Of a stretch of 64,000 nt of DNA, positions 10,098 to 19,257 are shown one piece after another; the first letter of the stretch is position 1, and each line of letters opens with the position of its first letter. The DNA lies in contig CAVTHO010000008.1 of NCBI GenBank assembly GCA_963734545.1, positions 640,001 through 704,000 on the forward strand. Direction: 5' to 3'. Both the position numbers and the translations under genes were made by a program. The notes below the pieces were generated by a model, which had not been told where the DNA came from, searched no databases, and was given only the letters and a program-made list of their open reading frames with translations. The DNA comes from an uncultured Spirochaetota bacterium (GTDB lineage Bacteria; Spirochaetota; Spirochaetia; SZUA-6; Fen-1364).

Positions 10098-11258
10098 ATG
10101 TCCCGCATTTCCTGGGGTCTCAGGATTGCCGTTCTCATGCTCTGTCTTTTTCAGGCCTCGTTTTCACCGGCGGAGACGCGCCCCGACCCCCGACTCGCCG
10201 CTCCTGCGGGGTCGGATGTCGATTTCCTCGCCGCTTTTTCCCAAGCCTCCGCAGACTGGGGCAATGGCATCGAGGCAATCATGGAGGACGCGTATCGAAA
10301 ATGCTTTCGCACCTATATCATTGCCGGAAAAGTGATGACGCTCCACCTCCCCTTTGCTGAAAACAATGAGCGCTCGGAGCTGGTCGGATCCGAGCTGGCC
10401 GTCCGGGGGGGCGGCAAGGCAGATCCCCTGGCACTCTGGGACCAGATCGACGAGCTCATCGCCTCCTCGGACTTCGCCGCCTACGTGGCCGCGCTGACGG
10501 ACGAGCACGAAAAGATCGTCATTTTCGATCTCACGGCGCGCAGCTGGACCACGAGCCGGGACTGGTTCGACCTGTCCCAGATGAAGGCGGGCGCGTATCA
10601 GGGGCTCCCCCATCAGCCCTATGTCCTGTCGCGGGGAAAGGGAATCACGCCTCCCGACATCTACAACTACCTCTACAGCGTGGGCCGGCTGGGCATGGAC
10701 TGTTCCGGTTTCGTGTGGTACGTGCTGAAGACGGTTGCCCGGACCGGAGGTCTCGACCTCGACCGCGCGCTCAGCCGTTACCTTGGCGCATCCAGGCCTG
10801 CCATCGCCTCCCTGTACGTCGGCACCTGGTTTTTCGATCCCCGCAACCGGAATCTCGAGGTGGTCAAGGATGAGGTGCGCAACCTCAGGCCGTGCGACGT
10901 GATCATGTTCAGGGGCGAGGATGGGATTACGAGTCATTCCGCGGTCATTCAGTCCATCGACCTGACCTCCGGCACGATCCGTTACCTGCAGTCCACGGAT
11001 GTCGCGGAGCAGAATGACCGGGGGGTGCACGAGTCGTTCATCAACTTCGATCCACGCAGACCCGAAACGAGCCTGAAGGATCCGACGCTCGTGTGGCACC
11101 AGAGACGGTCCGCCCCGTTTGCCGGGGAGACGGGCGTCGAGTTCTGGGACGACGGCCAGCGCTATCGCGCATACCCCCAGTTCGGGGGAGGCGCCGTCGT
11201 CCGGCTCAAGGTGATGGAAAAGCTGTTCTCGCGCCAGCTCAGTCCGGGTCGGAAATAG
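10098..11258 (+). CDS. Exported NlpC/P60 (papain-like) domain protein, putative peptidoglycan hydrolase
   Basis: Signal peptide; GMDCSGFVWYVL, LRPCDVIMF and SHSAVI motifs; unrecognised ~180-aa N-terminal region. Confidence 0.7.
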   Translation: MSRISWGLRIAVLMLCLFQASFSPAETRPDPRLAAPAGSDVDFLAAFSQASADWGNGIEAIMEDAYRKCFRTYIIAGKVMTLHLPFAENNERSELVGSELAVRGGGKADPLALWDQIDELIASSDFAAYVAALTDEHEKIVIFDLTARSWTTSRDWFDLSQMKAGAYQGLPHQPYVLSRGKGITPPDIYNYLYSVGRLGMDCSGFVWYVLKTVARTGGLDLDRALSRYLGASRPAIASLYVGTWFFDPRNRNLEVVKDEVRNLRPCDVIMFRGEDGITSHSAVIQSIDLTSGTIRYLQSTDVAEQNDRGVHESFINFDPRRPETSLKDPTLVWHQRRSAPFAGETGVEFWDDGQRYRAYPQFGGGAVVRLKVMEKLFSRQLSPGRK

Positions 11259-13914
11259 AAGGCCGGGCAGGGTGGGAGAGGTGCTCGCGGCAGCGCTCGA
11301 TGTAGAGAGCCACGGGCGCATCCGTCGGCAGCAGGACAAGGACCCGGGAGAACAGGGCCTCGGCCTCTTTCCATTCTTTCCGCTCAAAGAGCGCAAGAGC
11401 CTCGTTGAAGCTTTCGATGGCCTGGAGGGTCGTGCCGTCAACCACGCCCTTTTCCGCGACCAGCTCGAAGGCGCGGAACTTCGCGTCCGTGCCGGCGAAG
11501 CGCACACGGTCGAGGCTCCGCACGAGGAAGTCCCCTCCTGCCGCATCCCGTACCGGTTCCGAAATGAGGATCGTGGTGCCGAATCGTGAGTTCAGGGCTT
11601 CCAGCCGGGCCGCGAGGTCGTTTGCCGGCCCCACGACTGCGTAGCCGGGCATGCCCTGGGAGCCGAGCGCGCCGACAATGCACTCTCCGGTTTCGATTCC
11701 GATCCGGCCGACGAACGGCGGCGCAGCGGCGATGTTCAGTTCCTTTTCGACTGCCTTCATCCTGAGCGCGGCCAGGCACGCCCGGCGCGCGTGATCGGCG
11801 GACGTGAGCGGCGCGCCGAAATACGCCGTGAACGCGTCTCCCCCCACCCTGCCGAGCATTCCCTCCAGGCCGAGAATCACTTCGTGCATGCCCGCGTGAT
11901 AGGCATTGAGCAGGCCCAGATGATCTCCGGGGTCGGGAAGCGCATCCGGAAGCGGTCTCTTTACCGCAACAGACATGACCGTCACGTTTCTCCTCTCCCC
12001 CGCGGACGCGCGATCACGGGGAGACACAAGAAGCCTCTGCACGCTCTCCCGGGACAACCTGCCGGAAAACGCATTCCGTACGGCACGCGCTTCCCTGCGG
12101 ACTACCGAGACCTTGAGCGCGGCCAGCAGGGCGCAGGTGAAGAGGACGTCCGCGGCAGGCAGGAGAGGATTCATGAAAACACCGAACAGCAAGAAGACCG
12201 CCGAGGGAACAACGACAGCCCCGCCCCCAAGGACGAGCCCGCTGAGCACGGCCGGCATCGGACGCATCCGGTAGACGGCGGCAGCGGCGAGGATCGACAG
12301 CAGGGCTGCCAGGCCGAGGGGGTAGCGGGAGGGAACCTCGCGAGGGAAGCGCCCGGAAAGGGCCGTGCTCACCAGGGCCGCGGAGGCGCCGGCGTCCGTG
12401 GCGGCGGCGCCAAACGGAGTCCTCCCGGCCCTCAGGGCCTGCCGCGGGCTCGAAAGTGAAACTATACAGAACGATCCCTGCAGCGCTGCTTCAAGGGAGG
12501 CGCGCGTCTGCTGCAGCTCGGCAAAGGTTCGCCGCGCCGCCGCGAAAGCGTCGGGGACCCTGCCGCGTTCGTCCTGGATCCCCTTCCTTTCAGCCTCGGT
12601 GAGCGACTCCGATCGAACAACCCTGTCCGCATCCGCGATGATCCTCGCCTCCGCGTCCCCGCCCAGAAACTGGTCGGCCAGGGTGAAGAACCGCGCGCGC
12701 GCGTTCCGCCACGCCCCCGCATTTCCGGGGTCGCCCGCTGCCAGCATCTCGTTCTTGAGCCGGGAGCCGTATTCGTACGCATCGAGCAGACCGGTCTCGC
12801 TGCGAAGGTAGGAGAGATAGCCGTGGCCGTCCATCTCCCTGAGAGAGCTGATCAGCGAGTCCTCGAGCCGCTCGGAGCGGAAGATCGCGGCCCAGGAGAG
12901 GTGGCGGAAGCCGTCGCCGATTCTGGAACGGGGCCATTCGAGCAGTGCCTGGCCCGCCTCCGTCAACGGGATCGTGAGCGTGCGCGCGGCACTTCCGCGG
13001 CGCGCCTCGATGCGGAGCACGATGTTTCTCGTCCCCAACTCCACGCCGGGATTGCCCAGCAGATCGAGCAGGGCGGTGAACGTGATCTGGCCGAAATGCG
13101 CTCCGTCGTATTCCCCCATGAGAGTGGCGCGACGGCGCACACCGTCCGAGTCGGGAAGAAGGTCCGCGAACCCTCCTCCCCGCGCTCCGCGGAGAACAGG
13201 CAGAACGGCGGGACTTATGCCGGGTATGCGCATCGAGGGGTCCGCGCCCGGCACACGCACCGGAAGTGCAAGGGCCTTCGACGCCTCATCGGCCAGATTC
13301 ATGTCCGCCGCGGAGTCGGGTGCGGACAGGATCTCCAGGGGGACGAATGTCCGGCCGAAGAACTTCGCCGCCTGGCCGAGAAGCGTGTCGTCGTCCCGCT
13401 CTATTCCCATGGCCGCTTCGCGGAGACGGATCTTCGCCAGGGCCACCAATCCGATGAGGTCGGAGACGTAGCGCGGCGAGTCCTGGGGACGGACAGAGCC
13501 GCGCCGGATCGCCTCGAAAAGGGACTGGATATTCTCTTCCATTTGAAGAAACTCCCGGTCCAGGGCAGCCGGAAGCGCCTGGCGCAGCGCGGAGGGATCG
13601 AGCCCGGGCGCGCTCTTCTGCCCAAGCGGCAGGTCGAGCACGGCGTAGGAGGCGTTCATCTCCTTCAGTACGACCAGACCGTCGGCGAGCACATCCCGGC
13701 TCCAGGGCCAGGGACCCGCGGCCGCCGTTGCCTCGGGGTCCACGTCGATCAGCAGGACAACGGGCGCCGCGGGCGCGGAAGGCCTCACCCGCAGGAGCGT
13801 GTCGTACATCCAGCCGCCCGCGTAGGAAAAAATCCCGGCCAGACCGAGAAGGACGCAGACGACGAAGATGACCGGAGGGACGAGGAGGGAGTGGAACAGG
13901 CGCGTTCTGCGCAT
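11239..13914 (-). CDS. CHASE2-domain membrane class III nucleotide cyclase homolog with C-terminal TPR-like helices; catalytic residues degenerate
   Basis: GPWPWSR and DSDGVRRR (CHASE2); three TMs; GDAFTAYFGAP, RIGIETG and LAARLE (cyclase fold). Confidence 0.88.
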   Translation of the reverse strand: MRRTRLFHSLLVPPVIFVVCVLLGLAGIFSYAGGWMYDTLLRVRPSAPAAPVVLLIDVDPEATAAAGPWPWSRDVLADGLVVLKEMNASYAVLDLPLGQKSAPGLDPSALRQALPAALDREFLQMEENIQSLFEAIRRGSVRPQDSPRYVSDLIGLVALAKIRLREAAMGIERDDDTLLGQAAKFFGRTFVPLEILSAPDSAADMNLADEASKALALPVRVPGADPSMRIPGISPAVLPVLRGARGGGFADLLPDSDGVRRRATLMGEYDGAHFGQITFTALLDLLGNPGVELGTRNIVLRIEARRGSAARTLTIPLTEAGQALLEWPRSRIGDGFRHLSWAAIFRSERLEDSLISSLREMDGHGYLSYLRSETGLLDAYEYGSRLKNEMLAAGDPGNAGAWRNARARFFTLADQFLGGDAEARIIADADRVVRSESLTEAERKGIQDERGRVPDAFAAARRTFAELQQTRASLEAALQGSFCIVSLSSPRQALRAGRTPFGAAATDAGASAALVSTALSGRFPREVPSRYPLGLAALLSILAAAAVYRMRPMPAVLSGLVLGGGAVVVPSAVFLLFGVFMNPLLPAADVLFTCALLAALKVSVVRREARAVRNAFSGRLSRESVQRLLVSPRDRASAGERRNVTVMSVAVKRPLPDALPDPGDHLGLLNAYHAGMHEVILGLEGMLGRVGGDAFTAYFGAPLTSADHARRACLAALRMKAVEKELNIAAAPPFVGRIGIETGECIVGALGSQGMPGYAVVGPANDLAARLEALNSRFGTTILISEPVRDAAGGDFLVRSLDRVRFAGTDAKFRAFELVAEKGVVDGTTLQAIESFNEALALFERKEWKEAEALFSRVLVLLPTDAPVALYIERCREHLSHPARPSISDPD

Positions 13915-13943
13915 GGGGTGAGGATACACGAAACTTGGATTGC

Positions 13944-14095
13944 GCGTCGCGGTACTCCGCGGATTCTGCGTCGCGGTACTCCGCGGATTCTGCGTCGCGG
14001 TACTCCGCGGATTTGGCGTCGCGGTGCGGAGTACCGCTCTGGCCGCTTGGAGCGGACTTCGTCCGCTGTGAGCGTCCAGTACTCCGCGGATTGCG
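13944..14095. repeat. Tandem 24-bp hairpin element x3 plus additional partial copies
   Basis: GCGTCGCGGTACTCCGCGGATTCT x3 (last ends TG), then GCGG-AGTA-CCGC (~14027) and AGTACTCCGCGGATT (~14078). Confidence 0.9.
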
Positions 14096-14222
14096 CGCCA
14101 GGGGCCGTTCGTATATGCTGGCTTTTCATCATGTCCGCCATCAACCAGGCCGTCCCGGGAGCTGCCCAGCAGGTACTCGACCCGGCGCTCCTTGATCCAC
14201 AGCGGTCTGAGGCCGCGGCGCA

Positions 14223-15507
14223 GTGAATACGCGCAGAAATCACATCGGAACCATATCGCTCCTGGCAGCTCTGACAGGTTTTCTCTTCGTCATGTTCCAG
14301 CCCTGGATTCCCCTCGACAGGATCATTCTCTACAACACCCTGTCTCTCAAGGGCCTGCTGGCGGCATTCTTCGACGCATCCCTCGTGGGCGCCCTGGCCG
14401 ACTGGTTCGCGGTGACCGCGCTGTTCAGGAACCCCCTGGGTGTCAAGCTGCGCCATACCGACATCATCGCAAAAAACAAGGACAACATCGCGGAGGCGGT
14501 GCCCCGGTTCCTGACGAGCTTCGTGAGCGAGGAAAGGATTGCGACCACCCTTGCGAACGTGGATTTCGGAGGCAAGGTCCAGAAACTGATCGGTGAAGGC
14601 GGCTCCCGGGAGGAGATCCACGACTTCCTGCGCACGCGCCTGTCCTCACTGCTCGGCGGCTACAAGGAAGGCTCCGGCGCGGAAGGCCTCAGAATATTCA
14701 TCAGGGAAATACTCGCATTCGTCGGAAACAGGCTCGACACGGCCACCGCATTCGCGTCACTCCTCGAGGTGGGCACGGCGGGAGCGCTTTGATGAGCGGA
14801 TCATCGAAAGCGCCGCGGAGCTGCTGCGAAACGAGATAGGAAAGAATATCGCGCGTCTCGCCGCTGCCCTGACGCCCATCATCAAGCGGAACGCGGGCTG
14901 GCAGGGCATCTTCGTCGGCCAGGGCACCGTCGAGCGGCTTCTCGCGGGGGTGCAGAATGAGCTGGCGCAGATACGATCCAACCGGAACCACGAGCTGCGC
15001 CGTTTCCTGGACACCGCGCTCGACGGGTACGCTGCCCGGCTTGCCGGCGCGGCACCGGATCCGGGCGGCGACCGCGGGCGTTTTCGCGCCTGGGTCCGTG
15101 ACGTGATCGACGACGAGAAATTTCAGGCCAGCAGCGTGCAATTTGCGGCAAACCTGATTGCGCGGCTCGATGTCGACATTGCCCGGCCGCAAAGCCGTTT
15201 CATCGAAGTCCTCGAAAGGATCGAGCGCGCCCTGGAAGACAGGCTCGGCGGCAATACCGAGTTCAGACTGGGCTTCAACCGCGGCATCGCAAACCTCATC
15301 TCGGGAGCAATCGTCAAGAGCCGCCTGATCGAGAGCACGACGGGGTACCTCGCCACCCTGCTCAAGAGCACGGATGAACGGGAGTTCGTACGCCGCATTG
15401 AAGATGCGGTCGGCAATGACCTCCAATACATCAGACTCAACGGTGCCGTGGTCGGCGGCTGCGTCGGCCTGCTCCTGTCACTTCTCGCCGCCCTGGTGCG
15501 GGGTTAA
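14223..15507 (+). CDS. DUF445 family membrane protein, one apparent frameshift near 14770
   Basis: ASLVGALADWFAVTALFRNPLG...HTDII at the N-terminus; DLQYIRLNGAVVGG at the C-terminus. Confidence 0.88.
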
Positions 15508-15568
15508 GGGCGCCGCCTGTTCGGCGGATTTCGCGCCGCTTATTCTGTTTCGGCAGATTTCGCGCCGT
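15508..15568 (-). repeat. Hairpin-element copies overlapping the GH127 3' end
   Basis: Minus strand GGCGCGAAATCTGCCGAAA... and GGCGCGAAATCCGCC-GAACA-GGCGG, between convergent stop codons. Confidence 0.65.
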
Positions 15569-17453
15569 TCCGCAGCCAGACACGCATCGGGCCCGGCCCC
15601 CGATTTGCCCACGCGAAATAGGGAATCGCCGTCATGCCTTCCGCGCGAAGCGCAACGATTCCGCCCAGAAGCGCGGGCTCCGGGCGCGCGGTGAACCGGG
15701 CCTCCGGGCCGAGCGACAGCGCATCGAGTGGTCGATCGGCGTCCCGCTGCTCGACACAGTAGACAATCGGTCCCCGCTGAAGGGCGGCCTTGCCGCGGTT
15801 GTCGATGACACGGGAGTCGCAGAGCACTTTTCGAACAGGCATCGGCAGGTCAAGCTCGACAGTATCTCCTTCCTCCCACTCGCGATCGAGGACAGCGTAG
15901 CCCTTGTCCGTCTCGAAGCTCACCGTTCTTCCGTTCAGGCGCAGCGTGGGCGCTTCCGGATGCGGCCGTTCATAGCGGTAGAGGCTTCCCCCCATGATCC
16001 GCTCTCGAGCCCAGCCGGGGAGCCGAATCCGCAGCTCCATGCGTGTCCTCTGCTCGGGGCTGATCCGCAGGCGGATCTGCCCGGCCCACGGGTAGTCCGT
16101 CTCCTGCACCACGTCGAATCGGACGCCGCCGACCTGGACCTCCGCGCGGCCGGCAATGAAAAGGTTGACGTAGAGCGTCGTGTCCGCCGTTGCATGGACA
16201 TACCCCGGCAGGGACGGGAAGAAGCGGCACAGGTTCGTCGGGCAGCATGACACGTCGAACCACGCCTGCCGCCCGGCGCTGCCGTGATTGAAGAGGAACT
16301 TTCCGTCGGACTCGAGGGGGTTTACGTAGAAGAACTCGTCTCCGCGGAGGGAAACCCCGGAAAGGAGGTTGTTGTACAGCGTCTGCTCCAGCACGTCGAC
16401 GTATTTCGCCTCACCGGTGAGCAGGAAGAGGCGGTGGTTCCACATGACCGAGCCGATGGACGCGCAGGTCTCCATGTACGCGGTCTCGTTGGGAAGCTCC
16501 CATGCGTCCCCGAAGGCCTCACCAGTGTGCCGTGCGCCGATGCCGCCGGTCAGGTAGATCTTGGACTCCACCACGTCCCGCCAGATCGCCTCTATTGCCT
16601 CGGCGTATGCCGCGTCCGGCAGCAGCGCCGCCACGTCCGCCATGCCGCAGTACATGTAGGCCGCGCGTACCGCGTGTCCGACAGCCTCCCTCTGTTCGCG
16701 CACGGGCGCGTGATCCTGGCAGTAGCCGGGGTTGTCCGCGTAGGCATAGAGGGGCCGTGTATCATGCCGGCCCCTTTCTTCCAGGAAGCGCCGCGCGGCC
16801 TCAAGGTAGCCGCCGTCCATGGTGATGCGGTACAGCCGGGCAAGACCCATCTCGACGATCTGGTGGCCGTCCATGTCCCGACGGCCTTCAAGGCCGAACA
16901 CGGACCTGATCAGGGCGGCGCTCCGCAGGGCAATGTCCAGCAGAGACCTTTTTCCCGTGGAGAGGAAGTGAGCGCTGGCAGCCTCGTAGAGGTGGCCGCA
17001 ATTGTACAGCTCATGGCTCATCACGAGGTTCGACCAGCGCGATGGTCCGGCAAAGGGAAGAACGTGCGCTGGGTCAACCGTGCGGTTGGTGTAAAGGTAG
17101 CCGTCCGGCTCCTGTGCCGCCCCGATGATGGCGATCAACCTGTCCAGGAAATGATCCAGCTCCGGGTCGGGATGCTGGGCAAGGGAGTAGGAGGCGCCCT
17201 CGACGGCCTTGTACACTTCCGTGTCCTCGAAAGGCATCTGTCCCACGTAGGGCCCCGGCAGGCTTCCCGCGGCCCTGCGGAAGTTGTCCACGCGCCCGGA
17301 TTCTTCGCACTTGCGAAAGATCGCCGGTATGGAAATGGTCCTGTTGATTTCCAGGCGCGGGAGCCAGAAACTGTCCTCCAGGGACACTGAGCCGGAGGGC
17401 GTGGGGGTAATGGGGTAATCGGTCACGGTATGCATCCTTTCAGTCACGCTCAT
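15540..17453 (-). CDS. Glycoside hydrolase family 127 protein (second copy)
   Basis: FEDTEVYKAVEG, HELYNCGHLYEA, GHAVRAAY, YMETCAS and SCCPTN. Confidence 0.93.
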   Translation of the reverse strand: MSVTERMHTVTDYPITPTPSGSVSLEDSFWLPRLEINRTISIPAIFRKCEESGRVDNFRRAAGSLPGPYVGQMPFEDTEVYKAVEGASYSLAQHPDPELDHFLDRLIAIIGAAQEPDGYLYTNRTVDPAHVLPFAGPSRWSNLVMSHELYNCGHLYEAASAHFLSTGKRSLLDIALRSAALIRSVFGLEGRRDMDGHQIVEMGLARLYRITMDGGYLEAARRFLEERGRHDTRPLYAYADNPGYCQDHAPVREQREAVGHAVRAAYMYCGMADVAALLPDAAYAEAIEAIWRDVVESKIYLTGGIGARHTGEAFGDAWELPNETAYMETCASIGSVMWNHRLFLLTGEAKYVDVLEQTLYNNLLSGVSLRGDEFFYVNPLESDGKFLFNHGSAGRQAWFDVSCCPTNLCRFFPSLPGYVHATADTTLYVNLFIAGRAEVQVGGVRFDVVQETDYPWAGQIRLRISPEQRTRMELRIRLPGWARERIMGGSLYRYERPHPEAPTLRLNGRTVSFETDKGYAVLDREWEEGDTVELDLPMPVRKVLCDSRVIDNRGKAALQRGPIVYCVEQRDADRPLDALSLGPEARFTARPEPALLGGIVALRAEGMTAIPYFAWANRGPGPMRVWLRNGAKSAETE

Positions 17454-18295
17454 GCCTTCAGCCCTGATAGCACAATGCCCTCGATGAAGTACTTCTGGCC
17501 AACGAAGTACAGGAGGACCGGCGGAGTGATGGCCATGCAGGATGCGGCCATGATCGATTTCCAGTCCGTCCCGAATCCCGACCGGAAATTGGCGAGGGCC
17601 TGCGAAATCGTATTCTGCTCGTTCCGCGAGATGTAGATGAGGGGACCGAGGATGTCGTTCCAGTACAGGATGAATGTGAACAGCCCGATTGCGATCATGA
17701 CCGGCCTGATGAGGGGGACGAGTATCTGGAAAAGGACCCTGACGTGGCCGGCGCCATCGATGATCGCCGCCTCGTCGAGATCCCGGGGGATCGTCATCAG
17801 GAACTGGCGGCAGAGGAATATGTTGACGGCGAACCCGCCGAGGAATGCGGGAACAATGAGCGGGACGTAGCCATTGCTGAGCCCAACCGCGCTCCAGGCC
17901 ACGAAGATCGGGATGATCGTGACGGCGCCCGGCATGAGCATGCTTCCGATTATGAGCGAGAACCAGAGCTTCTTCAGGGGAAAATCGAGCCTCGCGAACG
18001 CGTATGCCGCGAGCGTGGAGGTCAGGAGCACGCCGAGGATCGACGGGAGCGTGATCGTCAGGGTGTTGACCATGTACCGCAGGGAAGGGAAGACCGACAG
18101 GGCGTAGGGATAGTTGTCCAGGCGCCAGGTCGTGGGCAGGAGAAGCGGAGGATACTTGTGGATCTCGATATTGGACATGAAAGAGGACCGCACCATCCAG
18201 AAGAACGGGAAGAGCACTGCGAGACCGATCACGGCCACGATGAGGGTGACGAATATGTTCATCTCTCTGTTTGAGCGTGTCATGGCGTGCCTCAT
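17450..18295 (-). CDS. Carbohydrate ABC permease (MalG-like)
   Basis: FLCRQFLMTIPRDLDEAAIIDGA and WNDILGPLIY. Start 18295 or 18283. Confidence 0.92.
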   Translation of the reverse strand: MRHAMTRSNREMNIFVTLIVAVIGLAVLFPFFWMVRSSFMSNIEIHKYPPLLLPTTWRLDNYPYALSVFPSLRYMVNTLTITLPSILGVLLTSTLAAYAFARLDFPLKKLWFSLIIGSMLMPGAVTIIPIFVAWSAVGLSNGYVPLIVPAFLGGFAVNIFLCRQFLMTIPRDLDEAAIIDGAGHVRVLFQILVPLIRPVMIAIGLFTFILYWNDILGPLIYISRNEQNTISQALANFRSGFGTDWKSIMAASCMAITPPVLLYFVGQKYFIEGIVLSGLKA

Positions 18296-19179
18296 TCTCC
18301 CTCGTAGAACATCCACTTCTTCGAAGTGGCGAAGATGACCGCGGTGAGGGCGGCGATGAATATGAAGAATATGAGGGACAGGGCGCTGGCGTGCCCGAAG
18401 CTGTTCTGCATGAATCCCTCCCGATAGATGAGGAAGACCATGAAGAGGGACCTGCCGCTCGGTTCCCCCTTTGTCAGGGCGTATGCGGGCACGAACACTT
18501 GCAGGTTGGTGATCATGCTCATCAGGAAATTGTAGAAGATGACGGGGGTCATCATGGGGATCGTGATGTGGCGGAACTTGTGCCAGGTGGTGCCGCCGTC
18601 TATGTCCACGGCCTCCAGGTACGTGCGGGGCACATTCTGAAGCCCTGCCAGGAAGATGACGATCATGCTGCCCATCCCCCAGACCGTCATCACGATGAGT
18701 GACGGCACGGCGAATGTCCCGCTCTGCAGCCATTGAACCTTGTTGATCCCGACGAGGTGCAGGATGTAGTTGAAGACGCCGAAGTTCGACTCGTACATCC
18801 AGGACCACACGATGCACGTGCCGATGGAAGGCACGATGTAGGGAATGAAGAACACGGAGCGCCAGAAGCCGCGTCCCGGGATCTTGCGGTTGAGCATCAG
18901 CGCAATGGTGAAAGCGTAGATGATTCCAGAAATCACCGCTCCCAGCGCGAAATAGAGAGTCGCTGCCACGGACTTGGCGAAATAGAAGTCCGTGGTGAAT
19001 ATCTCTCTGTAGTTGTCCAGCCCGGTGAAAACAGGCGGCTCCAGTCCCGTCCAATTGGTCAGGCTGATCGCAATCACGCCGATCATCGGGAATATCGTGA
19101 TGAAGAACAGTCCCAGGAGCGCCGGCGTGAGAAACAGGTACGCAGTGAGAGTCGTCCCGGGGGATCTTCTCGTTTTCAT
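18292..19179 (-). CDS. Carbohydrate ABC permease (MalF-like)
   Basis: AYLFLTPALLG and IFLAGLQNVPRTYLEAVDIDGG. Confidence 0.92.
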   Translation of the reverse strand: MKTRRSPGTTLTAYLFLTPALLGLFFITIFPMIGVIAISLTNWTGLEPPVFTGLDNYREIFTTDFYFAKSVAATLYFALGAVISGIIYAFTIALMLNRKIPGRGFWRSVFFIPYIVPSIGTCIVWSWMYESNFGVFNYILHLVGINKVQWLQSGTFAVPSLIVMTVWGMGSMIVIFLAGLQNVPRTYLEAVDIDGGTTWHKFRHITIPMMTPVIFYNFLMSMITNLQVFVPAYALTKGEPSGRSLFMVFLIYREGFMQNSFGHASALSLIFFIFIAALTAVIFATSKKWMFYEGE

Positions 19180-19201
19180 GTTCGCTTCCTTGAATGTGAA
19201 T

Positions 19202-19245
19202 GCGGGGTTTCCCCGTCCGCGGTTGCGGCCGCGGAAACCCCCCGC
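19202..19245. terminator. GC-rich stem-loop between the SBP and permease genes
   Basis: GCGGGGTTTCC...GGAAACCCCCCGC inverted repeat. Confidence 0.55.
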
Positions 19246-19257
19246 TTGCAATGAACC

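Noticed and set aside
5851-14040. 24-bp and 50-bp tandem repeats as CRISPR arrays
   Set aside because: The units abut directly with no unique spacers, and no cas genes are in the window.
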